A DNA stretch of 64,000 nucleotides. Origin: Gemmatimonadales bacterium. GTDB lineage: Bacteria > Gemmatimonadota > Gemmatimonadetes > Gemmatimonadales > JACORV01. The position numbers were made by a program, and so were the translations under genes. The notes under the pieces were generated by a model. The model was not told the origin of the DNA. It saw only the letters and a program-made list of their open reading frames with translations, and made no database searches. The DNA is taken from the NCBI GenBank assembly GCA_030697825.1, contig JAUYOW010000214.1, forward strand, positions 548 to 64,547, read 5' to 3'. Positions 26,091 through 36,100 of this stretch are shown here, in pieces; the stretch's first letter is position 1, and each line of letters opens with the position of its first letter.

Positions 26091-27290
26091 ATGCCCGACT
26101 TTCCGCCTCTCAACGAGCAGATGGACGCGATCCGACGCGGCTCGGTCGAAGTCATTCCCGAAGACCTGCTCGCGAAGAAGATCGAGCGCTCGCTCAACAC
26201 CGGCGAGCCGCTGGTCGTGAAGCAGGGCTTCGACCCCACGCGCCCGCACCTGCACCTCGGCTACATGGTGTCGATACGAAAGCTCCGAACGTTTCAGGAC
26301 CTGGGGCACCGCGTCGTTTTCCTAATAGGCGACTTCACCGCGCTGGTGGGCGACCCCAGCGGCCGCAGCGAGACCCGGCCCCGGCTCACCGAAGAAGAGG
26401 TGCAGCAGAACGCGGCGACTTACCGCGAGCAGGTGTTCAAGGTGCTCGACCCGAAGCACACGATCCTCGACCGGAACAGCCGTTGGCACGGCGAGCTGAA
26501 GCTCACGGACGTGCTGACCCTCGCGGCGCACTACACGCTGGCGCGCCTGCTGGAGCGCGACGATTTCGCCAAGCGGTTCGACGCTCGAACGCCGATCTCG
26601 ATCCTCGAGCTGCTCTATCCGCTGCTACAGGGGTACGACTCGGTCGCGCTGAAGTCGGACGTGGAAGTGGGAGGCACGGACCAGAAGTTCAACCTCCTGG
26701 TCGGGCGCACCCTGATGGAGCGCTACGGGCTGGAGCCGCAGGTGTGCGTGATAATGCCGCTGCTGCGCGGCACCGACGGCGAGCGCAAGATGTCGCAGAG
26801 CTACGACAACTTCATCGGCATCACCGAGACGCCGGAAGACCAGTACGGGAAGACGATGTCCATCCCGGACACCCTGCTCGCGGAGTGGACCACACTCGTC
26901 TCCTCGCTAGGCGCGCCCGACCTGCCGGCCGCGCTCGAGAAGTGCCGGAAGAAGCCGTACGAGGCCAAGCGCCGGCTCGCACGCGACATCGTGACGCAGT
27001 TCCACGGCGCGGAAGCGGCGGAGCGGGCCTCGGCGCACTTCGACAAGCTGTTCAAGGCGAAGGAGGCGCCGACGGAGCGGCCGCGCTTCACGCACGCGCC
27101 GGCGAGCCTTGCCGTCGTACTCAAGGACATCGGCTTCGCGAAATCGATATCCGAGGCGCGGCGGATGGTCACGCAGGGAGGAGTGCAGATCGACGGCGCG
27201 AAGGTGGCGGGCGCGAACACCGAGTTGATGGCGGGGGCCTACGTCGTGAAGTATGGTAAGCTGAAGTTCGCGGACGTCGTTATTGAATGA
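26091..27290 (+). CDS. tyrS: tyrosyl-tRNA synthetase
   Basis: HIGH-type motif (PHLHLGY), KMSQS (KMSKS motif), C-terminal S4-like domain (SEARRMVTQGGVQIDG). Confidence 0.95.
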   Translation: MPDFPPLNEQMDAIRRGSVEVIPEDLLAKKIERSLNTGEPLVVKQGFDPTRPHLHLGYMVSIRKLRTFQDLGHRVVFLIGDFTALVGDPSGRSETRPRLTEEEVQQNAATYREQVFKVLDPKHTILDRNSRWHGELKLTDVLTLAAHYTLARLLERDDFAKRFDARTPISILELLYPLLQGYDSVALKSDVEVGGTDQKFNLLVGRTLMERYGLEPQVCVIMPLLRGTDGERKMSQSYDNFIGITETPEDQYGKTMSIPDTLLAEWTTLVSSLGAPDLPAALEKCRKKPYEAKRRLARDIVTQFHGAEAAERASAHFDKLFKAKEAPTERPRFTHAPASLAVVLKDIGFAKSISEARRMVTQGGVQIDGAKVAGANTELMAGAYVVKYGKLKFADVVIE

Positions 27291-27307
27291 AGCGTGATAG
27301 GAGCAGT

Positions 27308-28495
27308 TTATCGCCTGACACTCATCACCGTTTCCAACACATCCACCACCTTCTCCATCTCGTCAATCGTATTGTAGCAGTGTGGGCTGAGCCGAATCGC
27401 CCCCTCCCGGAAGGCGCAGATCACTCCCGCCTGCTTGAGCCTCCGATGCGCTTCGCGCGCATCCTCGGGCGCCACGCACACGATCCCCGACCGGTGGAGG
27501 TCGTCGGCCGGTGAGACGATGCGCACCCCGCGGCGGCGCGACCACTCCAGCACCGGCTCCGCCAGCGAGCGCACGTACCCGCCGATCGCGTCGACGCCCA
27601 GCTCCATCAGCAGCCCCAGGGACGTCGCCATGCCGAGCTGGTCCTGGAAGGCGACGGTGTGCACCTCGAAGCGTCGCGCGTCGTCGCGAAGCCGGTCGCC
27701 GTAGTTCACCAGGTTGGTGAAGTCCTCGGTCCCCTCGAACGCCATCCACCCCACGCTCGCGGGCTCCACCGTGGGGATCAGCTCGCGCCGCACGTAGCAG
27801 AAACCGGAGCCCCACGGCGAGAGCAACCACTTCTGCCCGCCGCAGGCAAGCACGTCCACCGGCGTCTCGCGCACGTCGAGCGGCGAGTTGCCAAGTCCCT
27901 GTATCGCGTCCACGACCAGGTACGCGCCGTTGGCGCGGCACGCCGCCGAAAGGCGCGCGAGGTCGGCCCTGAAACCGTTGCTGAACTGCACGAACGACAC
28001 CGCGAGCACGCGCACCCTGGGGTCGCTCAGGCGCTCGACGAGGTAGTCCTCGTCGGGGAACCCCTCGGCGTTGACGGGCGCGAGCTCGACCTCGACGCCA
28101 CGTTTCCGGAGCGCCAGCCACGGATACACGTTGGCCGGGAACTCGCGGTCGCTGAGCAGCACGGTCTCGCCGCGCGCCAGCGGCAGCGCTCCCGCGGCGA
28201 CGTTGATCCCGTACGTCGTGTTGGGCCCGAGCGCGATCTCTTCCGGCGTCGCGTTGATGAGCCGGGCCGCGGCCGCGCGCGCTGAAGCGAGATGGGCCAT
28301 GAGCTCGCGGTCGGGCAACAGGTGTGGCGCGGTGCGCTTGGCGTTGAACGCCTCGAGCGCGAGGCGGGTGCGCTCGGGGATCGGTCCGACGGATGCGTTG
28401 TTGAGGTAGGTGGTCGCCGCGGTCCAGGGGAACTCGCGGTCGCGCAGCTCCCGTACGAGTTCGCGCAGCCGCGGCGCGGCGGCGACGTGCGTCAT
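27308..28495 (-). CDS. class V aminotransferase / cysteine-desulfurase-like PLP enzyme
   Basis: YLNNASVGP near the N-terminus. DAIQGLG. PLP-lysine region GGQKWLLSPWGSGFCYV. Confidence 0.8.
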   Translation of the reverse strand: MTHVAAAPRLRELVRELRDREFPWTAATTYLNNASVGPIPERTRLALEAFNAKRTAPHLLPDRELMAHLASARAAAARLINATPEEIALGPNTTYGINVAAGALPLARGETVLLSDREFPANVYPWLALRKRGVEVELAPVNAEGFPDEDYLVERLSDPRVRVLAVSFVQFSNGFRADLARLSAACRANGAYLVVDAIQGLGNSPLDVRETPVDVLACGGQKWLLSPWGSGFCYVRRELIPTVEPASVGWMAFEGTEDFTNLVNYGDRLRDDARRFEVHTVAFQDQLGMATSLGLLMELGVDAIGGYVRSLAEPVLEWSRRRGVRIVSPADDLHRSGIVCVAPEDAREAHRRLKQAGVICAFREGAIRLSPHCYNTIDEMEKVVDVLETVMSVRR

Positions 28496-28513
28496 GGGCG
28501 GAGTGGCGCTGGC

Positions 28514-29638
28514 ATGGTGACCGCCGCTACGTTAACCCCCGATGCGATGGCACGGCAAGCGGCGGTGAATCCCACCTGGCGTTTCGGTCTCGTCCTGGGC
28601 GGCGGCGGCATGCGCGGTCTCGCGCACGTGGGTGTGCTGCGCGCGCTCGAGGAGCGCGGCTGGATCCCCGCCGAGATCGTCGGCACCAGCATCGGGTCGC
28701 TGCTGGGAGCGGTCTGGGCCACCGGCCGGTACACCATCGCCGAGATGGAGCAGATCTCGCTCGATCTCACCCGTCGCGACATCTTCCAGATCGCGCACGG
28801 CGACATGGCGTTCAAGCGGATGCGCTCGCCCGCCCTCTACCGTTCCGAGCCCCTCGCCGCGCTCATCCAGCGCCTCGTCGGAGACGTGAAGTTCCGGGAG
28901 CTCAAGCGTACCCTCATCATCAATTCCGTCGACATCAACAGCGGCACCCAGATGTTCTGGGGGCTGCCGGGCCTCGGGGACATGCGGGTGGCGGACGCGG
29001 TGTTCGCCTCGTGCGCGCTGCCCGGGTTCTTCGCGCCCCACGAGATCGGCGGCCGCTTCTACGTGGACGGCGCGATCGTGGACAACCTTCCGGTGCGCAT
29101 CGCCGCGGCGCGCGGCATGGACGCGGTGGTGGCGGTGAACGTGGGGGCGTCGAGCCTCCTTCGCGCCGACACGCAGGAGGCGGGGTTCGCGGCGGTCTAC
29201 GCGCGCGGCTCCGAGATCGTATTCCAGCAGGCGATGGAGTGGCACCTGCGCTCCTGGGCCAAGCCACCGTTGCTCCTGGTGCAGCCCAGCGTGCAGCAAC
29301 TTCCCATGATGTCTTTCGACCACACGCGCGAGTTGATGGACGAGGGTCACCGCGCGACGCGGGTGGCGCTCGAGCGGACGGGGAACGCGATCCAGGCCGC
29401 GACCGAGGGGATCTTCCCCCGGCGGCTGGTGCAGATCCGCGTCAACGAGGAGCGGTGCATAGGCTGCGGCGCCTGCCTCAGCTACTCGGCGCCCGGGATG
29501 TTCAGGATGGAGAATGGGAAGGCAGTCGGGCCCGATGGCCCGTGCGAGTGGTCGCCGATAGACGGCGACGTGATCCGGCACTGCCCGACCTTCGCGATCA
29601 CGGCGCGGCCCGTGCCGGCCGCCTCGCCATCCGCCTAA
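28514..29638 (+). CDS. patatin-like phospholipase with C-terminal single-cluster ferredoxin domain
   Basis: Oxyanion GGGGMRG, nucleophile GTSIG, catalytic DGA. C-terminus CIGCGAC...(38 aa)...CP, a CxxCxxC...CP Fe-S ferredoxin pattern. An alternative ATG is at 28547. Confidence 0.8.
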   Translation: MVTAATLTPDAMARQAAVNPTWRFGLVLGGGGMRGLAHVGVLRALEERGWIPAEIVGTSIGSLLGAVWATGRYTIAEMEQISLDLTRRDIFQIAHGDMAFKRMRSPALYRSEPLAALIQRLVGDVKFRELKRTLIINSVDINSGTQMFWGLPGLGDMRVADAVFASCALPGFFAPHEIGGRFYVDGAIVDNLPVRIAAARGMDAVVAVNVGASSLLRADTQEAGFAAVYARGSEIVFQQAMEWHLRSWAKPPLLLVQPSVQQLPMMSFDHTRELMDEGHRATRVALERTGNAIQAATEGIFPRRLVQIRVNEERCIGCGACLSYSAPGMFRMENGKAVGPDGPCEWSPIDGDVIRHCPTFAITARPVPAASPSA

Positions 29639-31119
29639 CTGACCCTCCGCCGCGGGCCCCGGTCCGTGCGCGTCGTGTCTATCCATAGACTGTCCGGGAT
29701 GCCGGGAGGCGCCCGGCCCGCCGCGTGACAGTTGTCGCACGAGAGACCGGCCTCGAGAACGTGCCCGGCGTGGGTCAGAGGCCTTCCCGAAACAGTATCG
29801 CCTCCCGCCCGCGCCTCCTCGATCCCGTAGTGACAGTAGGTACAGCCGCCGTCGGCGACCGGGGGCCCCAGCTCCGGCCGCGGCGGTGGGGTGCGCGACG
29901 CCAGCTGGTACGCCTCCACGGTCAGAGCGAGGGCGCGCCGCATCACCTGGTCCACCACCGGCAGGTTGTGCATCGGCCCCGCGCGGTCCACGAACGCGAG
30001 CTGGCTTCCTGCCTGACGGAGCCTGACCTTCGCGGCGCGGGGGGCCGCGCTGTCGCCGAGCGCCGCTTCCGCGTCGCGCAAATAGCCGCTCACCCAATCG
30101 CGCCGACGCGCGTATCCGCGACGCCACCTTTGCAGGATGCCGCTCCATTCGCCGCCGTGGCAGCCGGTGCACGCCGCGGGCGTGGTGCGCAACGACCGTC
30201 CGGGGCGGGGCGGCGCCTGGCCCGGCGCCGCGTGACAGGAGCGGCAGGTGACCCCGGCCATGAACATCGAGTTGGGGCGGAGCTCCTCGCCCGGCATCAG
30301 GCCGAGCATGAGTCGCTGCTGCTCCGAGTGCACGCTTTCATGGCAGTCGGCGCAGGCCGCGGTCCGCGACGTGTCGGCGGGGATGGGCCGCCGGTGCCGG
30401 GACGCGTGACAGTCCAGGCACCGTAGCACGATGGACGAGCTCATCGCGACCACCCGGTGCGCCGGCTGCGTGTGGCAGGCCCGGCAGGCGAAGTCACCGT
30501 GCGTGGTGTGCGCCCGCGCGGCGTTGATCGTCGTATCGATCGTCTCGGCCGGGCGGGCGCGGTCACCCCGGTGGCAGTCGGTGCAACGCGCGACAGCTAC
30601 CGCCGTATCGCCCTCCACGAGCTGGTAGTGGCAGCGCGTGCACGGCACCTGGGCGCTCTGAAGCGAGGGATGTGGCAGCTGCAGGCCCTGGCTGGTCTGC
30701 CGCGTGTGTCGAGGAGCTGGGTGGCAGCCGGCGCAGCCGGTGTCGCTGCGCCCGGCGATTTGCGTGAAGTGGCACAGCACGCAGGCCGACGCGTCCGCGG
30801 CGAGAGACATCGAGTCCGGCGCGTGAGAGTGGCAGGCCGCGCACGGGACGACGCGGCCGTCGCCCGCCGGGTGGCTGTCGTGCGCGAACTCCACCATCGC
30901 CACGCGCGCCCGCGCCGGGCCGCCGGTCGGGTGGCAGCGCTGCGTGGAGCAAGCCCCGTCCGGCACACCGACGCGCCCGGCCTCCACGGCGCCCTCCCGG
31001 TGGCAGCCGAGACACGCCACGCGCTGGTGCGCGAGTCGCCGTGCCCCGCCCTCCTCGCGCCCACAGCCGCAGAGCGCGGCGACCAACCCGACGGCGACGC
31101 CCAAGCGCCCTACTAGCAC
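29635..31119 (-). CDS. 13-haem c-type cytochrome lipoprotein (plus one CX4CH)
   Basis: GTG 31119 overlaps the upstream stop (GTGCTAG). Signal/lipobox GLVAALCGC-G. 13 CXXCH plus CSTQRCH. Confidence 0.85.
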   Translation of the reverse strand: MLVGRLGVAVGLVAALCGCGREEGGARRLAHQRVACLGCHREGAVEAGRVGVPDGACSTQRCHPTGGPARARVAMVEFAHDSHPAGDGRVVPCAACHSHAPDSMSLAADASACVLCHFTQIAGRSDTGCAGCHPAPRHTRQTSQGLQLPHPSLQSAQVPCTRCHYQLVEGDTAVAVARCTDCHRGDRARPAETIDTTINAARAHTTHGDFACRACHTQPAHRVVAMSSSIVLRCLDCHASRHRRPIPADTSRTAACADCHESVHSEQQRLMLGLMPGEELRPNSMFMAGVTCRSCHAAPGQAPPRPGRSLRTTPAACTGCHGGEWSGILQRWRRGYARRRDWVSGYLRDAEAALGDSAAPRAAKVRLRQAGSQLAFVDRAGPMHNLPVVDQVMRRALALTVEAYQLASRTPPPRPELGPPVADGGCTYCHYGIEEARAGGDTVSGRPLTHAGHVLEAGLSCDNCHAAGRAPPGIPDSLWIDTTRTDRGPRRRVS

Positions 31120-33173
31120 AGCGTTCCCCAGAGCACGAGGCCGATCAGGAGGAGGCCGACACCGAGGAGCAGCAAGCCGCTCACGGCCGCGACCATGTTC
31201 ATCCATCCGGGCGGCGGCGGAGCCGCCTCGTCGATGATCGCCCGGCGGCTGGGTTCCTTCCCTTCCACCTTAGCCCGCAACGCCCCGGCGATCAGCGGAT
31301 GCTCCTCCTCCATGTACCGGAGCGAGGCGCGGCCAGTGAACATGACCGCGTCGAGCGGCCACTTGTCGGGCCGGAGATGGACGTTGAAGAAGTGGATGAT
31401 GAAGATGAAGGCGGTCGCGATCATCGCCTCGTACGAGTGGATGATGATGGCGACGTTGAACACGATGCCGGGGAAGATCCGCGCGAAGAACACCGGCTGC
31501 CAGAGCACGATGCCGGTCGCGCTGATGATGCCGACGCCCCACAGCTCCGCGAAGTAGTCGAACTTCTCCAGGTAGCTATACCGGCCGAACTGCGGCTTCG
31601 GCCCGCGCCCGAAGAACCACTTCACCATCGCCACCGCATCGCGCGCGTCCTGCCACCGGAAGGCGATCGACTCGGATCCGAGCAGCAGGCCGCGCTTGTC
31701 CCGCGCCCTCCACACCCGGTACGCCAGGTACGCCGCGTAGAGCCCGAAGTAACCGAAGACCATCACGCCGGCAACGCGATGGATCCGACCCGCGAGTATC
31801 CCGCCGCCCAACAGCCGTGCCAGCGCCGGCGCCCACGCGGTGCAGCTGTACCTCAGGGGCAGCCCGGTGAGGACCAGCAGGTAGAAGCTGGCCACGATCA
31901 GCGCGTGGATGACCCGGAAGACGAGGTTGAAACGCCACACGTAGGGTGGGCCGCCCCGCAACGCGGCGTCAAGCGGTTCGGCCGGCGCCGCGTGCGCCGC
32001 CGCGGGTTGCCGCCGCCGGTCGATCATCGTGCGCGCGTACCACAGGGCCGCGTGCGTACCCCACCCGATCATCGTGCCGTACAGCACGACGTTCATGAAG
32101 AACCAGATGTAGAAGATCCCCGGGTTCTGCGCGCGGCTCCTGGGGTTGGCGTGGGGCCGATACCCGGCGAACCCTCCGCTCGCGCCCTCGTGGCAGTGCC
32201 GGCAAGTCGCGATCCGGTTCCCGGCGGAGACGGTCGAGGCCGGGTCCGTCGTCCGGAACACGGCATGCGCCGTGTGGCAGTCGGCGCACTCGGCGGCCCG
32301 AACGGAGCCCAGGGCCGCGGCCTGGCCGTGATAGGTGTCGCGGAAGGTCGAGCCATACTCCTCGTGGCACCGCGTGCACGCGAGCGTCGACGCGAACCGC
32401 CAGGTGGGATCGCTGGCGCGACGGATCCCGTGCTCGCCGTGGCAGGAGATGCAGGTCGCCGCGGTGTCGGCGCCGATCGGCTCCACCCCCGAAGCCTGGC
32501 GCGCCGCGGTGCGCCCGTGGACGTCGCCCCAGTACGTCGCGCTCTCCTTCGTGTGGCACGCGCTGCACGCGCGGGCGAGCGCCAGGTCGATCTTCCGCGT
32601 GGCCTCATCGGGCACGGGACGCATGTCGTGCGTGCCGTGGCAGCGGGTGCACGCGATCGAGTCCCCGTGCACGTCGCGGGCGGCGCTCCGCACCTGCCCC
32701 GGGTGGCAGCGCCGGCACGCCTCGCGCATGTGCGCGCGGCCGGCGGCCGTCGGCAGGAAGCCGGACCGCGCGACGTCGTGCCCGCCGTGGCAAGCGACGC
32801 AGGTCGCGGCCGGCGCGTCCCCGCGCGCCCTGGCATGGACCCCCGCCCGCCAGCGGGAGTCCTGTTCGGCGTGGCAGCGACCGCACACCACCCGCAGCGC
32901 CGCCGCCGGCTGGTGCGGATAGCGCTCGACGCCGGTGTGGCAGGCGGCGCACGCCACGCTCGCGTGCGGCCCGCCCGAGAGCGCGGCGCGCGTCACGACG
33001 AGGCCCGCTCCGACGTTCCGATCGGAGGCCGCCCCGAGCAGGAACTCCCGGCTCGCGTGGCAGCGCTCGCACTCGGGGGACCGCTGGGCGCGCGCGGGCC
33101 GGGCCGGGAGGGCGGCGAACACGGCGGCGAGCGCGGTGACGACCGAGGTGCGCGCTAGCATAGTTGCACCCAC
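31113..33173 (-). CDS. CbcL-like fusion cytochrome: periplasmic 11-haem c domain + C-terminal b-type (FdnI/HydC-like) membrane domain, copy 2
   Basis: Signal peptide ...ALAAVFAALPARPARAQ. 11 CXXCH. Then about 5 TM helices with conserved His (RVIHALI, RIHRVAG, IIIHSYEAM, FIIHFFNVHLRPDKWPLD). Start is GTG 33173 or ATG 33161 (the ATG overlaps the upstream stop as ATGCTAG). Confidence 0.85.
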   Translation of the reverse strand: MGATMLARTSVVTALAAVFAALPARPARAQRSPECERCHASREFLLGAASDRNVGAGLVVTRAALSGGPHASVACAACHTGVERYPHQPAAALRVVCGRCHAEQDSRWRAGVHARARGDAPAATCVACHGGHDVARSGFLPTAAGRAHMREACRRCHPGQVRSAARDVHGDSIACTRCHGTHDMRPVPDEATRKIDLALARACSACHTKESATYWGDVHGRTAARQASGVEPIGADTAATCISCHGEHGIRRASDPTWRFASTLACTRCHEEYGSTFRDTYHGQAAALGSVRAAECADCHTAHAVFRTTDPASTVSAGNRIATCRHCHEGASGGFAGYRPHANPRSRAQNPGIFYIWFFMNVVLYGTMIGWGTHAALWYARTMIDRRRQPAAAHAAPAEPLDAALRGGPPYVWRFNLVFRVIHALIVASFYLLVLTGLPLRYSCTAWAPALARLLGGGILAGRIHRVAGVMVFGYFGLYAAYLAYRVWRARDKRGLLLGSESIAFRWQDARDAVAMVKWFFGRGPKPQFGRYSYLEKFDYFAELWGVGIISATGIVLWQPVFFARIFPGIVFNVAIIIHSYEAMIATAFIFIIHFFNVHLRPDKWPLDAVMFTGRASLRYMEEEHPLIAGALRAKVEGKEPSRRAIIDEAAPPPPGWMNMVAAVSGLLLLGVGLLLIGLVLWGTLC

Positions 33174-36100
33174 ATGATCATGCCGACGATGACCAGTCCG
33201 ACGGCGAGAGCCAGCAGGCCCAGAGTCGCAGCCGCGATCGTCATCCAGCGCGGCGGCGGCGGCGCCGGCGCGTCGGGGACGGCGCGAGGGCTGACCGGAC
33301 GCGAGGCCAGGTCACCCCAGGTTTCGGCGGTGAGCGGGTGATCCGCCTCGAGTGACTCCGCCGTGGCGCGGCCGGTGAACATCACGCCGTCCAGCGGGAA
33401 CTTGTCCGGCCTGAGGTGCACGTTGAAGAAGTGGATGAGGAACATGAAGCCGGCGGCGAGCATCGCCTCCTCGGAGTGGATGACCGCCGCGACGTTGAAC
33501 GCCCAGCCGGGCAGGATCCTCGTGAAGATGCCCGGGAACCAGCGGATCAGTCCCGTGCCACCTAGCAGCACGATCCCCCAGAACGCGCCGAAGTAGTGGA
33601 ACTTCTCGTTGTAGCCGTACCGGCCGAAGCGCGGATACGGCGCCCTGCCGAAGAACCACTTGAACATCTGCACGAAGTCGCGGAAGTCCTGGGGCTGCGG
33701 GACCACCGAGTCGGGACCCCACAACATCGCCCGCCGGTTGGTGGAGCGCAGGAGCAGCACCGTGGTGTAGACGACGTGCGCGGTGAAGTACAGCACGGTG
33801 ACGGCGCCGGCGCCGCGGTGCACCAGGCCGGCGACACGGGTGCCGCCGAGGAGGCGCATCATGTCCACCGCCCACACCGCGCACGAGAAGCGGAGCGGCA
33901 GGCCGGTGATGACGAGCGCGAAGAAGCTGACGACCGAGACGCCGTGCACCAGGCGATGGAAGAGCTTGAAGCGCCAGACGTACGGCCCTTTCCCCCGGTC
34001 GGCGCTGTCCATGGGCGTGCGCTCCTTCGGCCGCGGGGGCAACCCCAGCGCCTTCCGCCGCCGCCGCTCGGCCCACCGGATCTCAAGCAGCCGCGCCAGC
34101 CACAGCACGGTGTGCAGCCCGAACACCGCGAACACCGAGAAGAGCAGCACGTTCATCAACAGCCATGCGGCGAAGACCGGCGGGCTGTCGGAGGGATCGC
34201 GGGCACGGACGTGGGCCCGGTAGGAGACGAAGCTGGGCCGCGCGGCCGACCCGTGGCACGCGGCGCAAGTCTCTACCCTCCGCCCGGCGGACGTGGACGC
34301 GCGGGGATCGCTGGAGGGGAAGATCTCGTGAGAGCCGTGGCAGTCCACGCAGCGCGCAGCGCGGTAGTAGCCGACGCGCGTCGCGCGTCCGTGGTAGGTG
34401 TCGGCGTAGGACTCCCCCTCGCGCCGGTGGCAGGCCCCGCACCGCTCGACCAGGGCCACTTCGCGATCGAGGGCGTGTGCAGGCTTCATTCCGTGGCCGC
34501 CGTGGCAGGCAACGCAGGTGGCAGCGGTGTCGGCGTGAAGCGGGGCCGCTCCCGCGACCTGCGCGCGCGCCGCGATCCCGTGGACGTCGCGGAACGCGAC
34601 CGTCGCCACCGAGTCGTGGCAGCCCGCGCACCGCTCCGAGATGGCGATGGGGACGCCGCGCGTGGCAGGATCGCGCACCGGCTGGATCATGTGTGCCCCG
34701 TGGCACGTGGCGCAGCTCACCCGGTCCTTGTGCACGTCGCCCGGCGGGAAGGGCCGGTCCGCGTGACACGCCACGCAGCGCGCCGAGAGCGCTATCGCGC
34801 CCGCGCCGCGCTCGAGCTCCCGGCTTGGTCGCACGTCGTGCGTGCCGTGACAGCTCGCGCATCCCGCCTCCTCCCGGCCGCGGCGGCCCCCGTGGGGACC
34901 GGCCCGCCACAGCGAATCCGCCTCGGTGTGGCACGTCCCGCACGGCACCACCGCGCGCCCTTCCTCCGGGTGCGGCAGGAGGCCGGGGATGGGGTGGCAG
35001 CGCACGCAGGGCACGGACGCGTGGACGGTGCCGCTCAGCTCGTCGCGCGAAACGAAGAGCGAGTCGGCATGGTAGCCGGCCGGCGCCCGCCGGTGGAGGA
35101 ACTCGCGGTCGGCGTGGCAGATCTCGCACTGCGCGCTCGTCCGCCGCTCCGCGGCCGTCTGCGCCCGGAGGAGCGGCGCCACGGCAAGCAAGGCGGCCGC
35201 GAGAAGGCCGTACCGTTTCATCCGGGTGCGCACCTGATGCCGGCTGATGCCGAGCGCCTCCGCGGCGCGGGACTGGTTGCCTCGGGCGTGCTCGAGCGCC
35301 GCGACGAGGAGCCGGCGCTCGACCTCCTCCAGCGTCGTCCCGCCAGAGACGGCGGCGCTTGCCTGCGGCGCCGCCAGCTCGGGCGGCAGCTCACGGGTGC
35401 CGAGCGTCTCGCCGTCGGCGAGGAGCACCGCGCGCTCGATGACGTTCTTGAGCTCCCGCACGTTGCCGGGCCAGGGATAGCGGGCCAGCACGGCCAGTGC
35501 GCCCGGCTCGACCCCGCGCACTCTCTTGCCGAGCTCGCGGTTGAACTGGGCCACGAAGTGCTTGGCCAGCGGCTCGATGTCCTCGGGTCGCTCGCGCAGC
35601 GGCGGCATGGTGATGGGGATGACCCGCAGCCGGTAGAAGAGGTCGGCGCGGAACCGTCCGGCATCGACCTCCTCGGCGAGCGACCGGTTGGTGGCGGCCA
35701 TGATCCGCACGTCCACCTTCAGATCGCGGGTGGCGCCGAGGCGGCGGAACGTCTTCTCCTCGATGAACCGGAGGAGCTTGGCCTGGACACCCGGGGTCAG
35801 CTCGCCGATCTCGTCGAGGAAGAGGGTGCCGCCGTCGGCCATCTCGACCAGTCCGCGCTTGGCCGCGTGGGCGTCGGTGAAAGCGCCGCGCTCGTGCCCG
35901 AACAGCTCCGATTCCATGAGCGTCTCGGGGAGCGCGGAGCAGGTCACGTTCATGAACGGCCGCGCGGCCCTCGGGCCGAGCCGGTGTATCGCCTGCGCGA
36001 TCGCGCCCTTGCCGGTGCCGCTCTCGCCCTCGATCAGTACGGTGGTCGCATCCGCCGCGGCCAGGCGCGCGACCAGCTCGAAGACGCGCTCCATTGCCGG

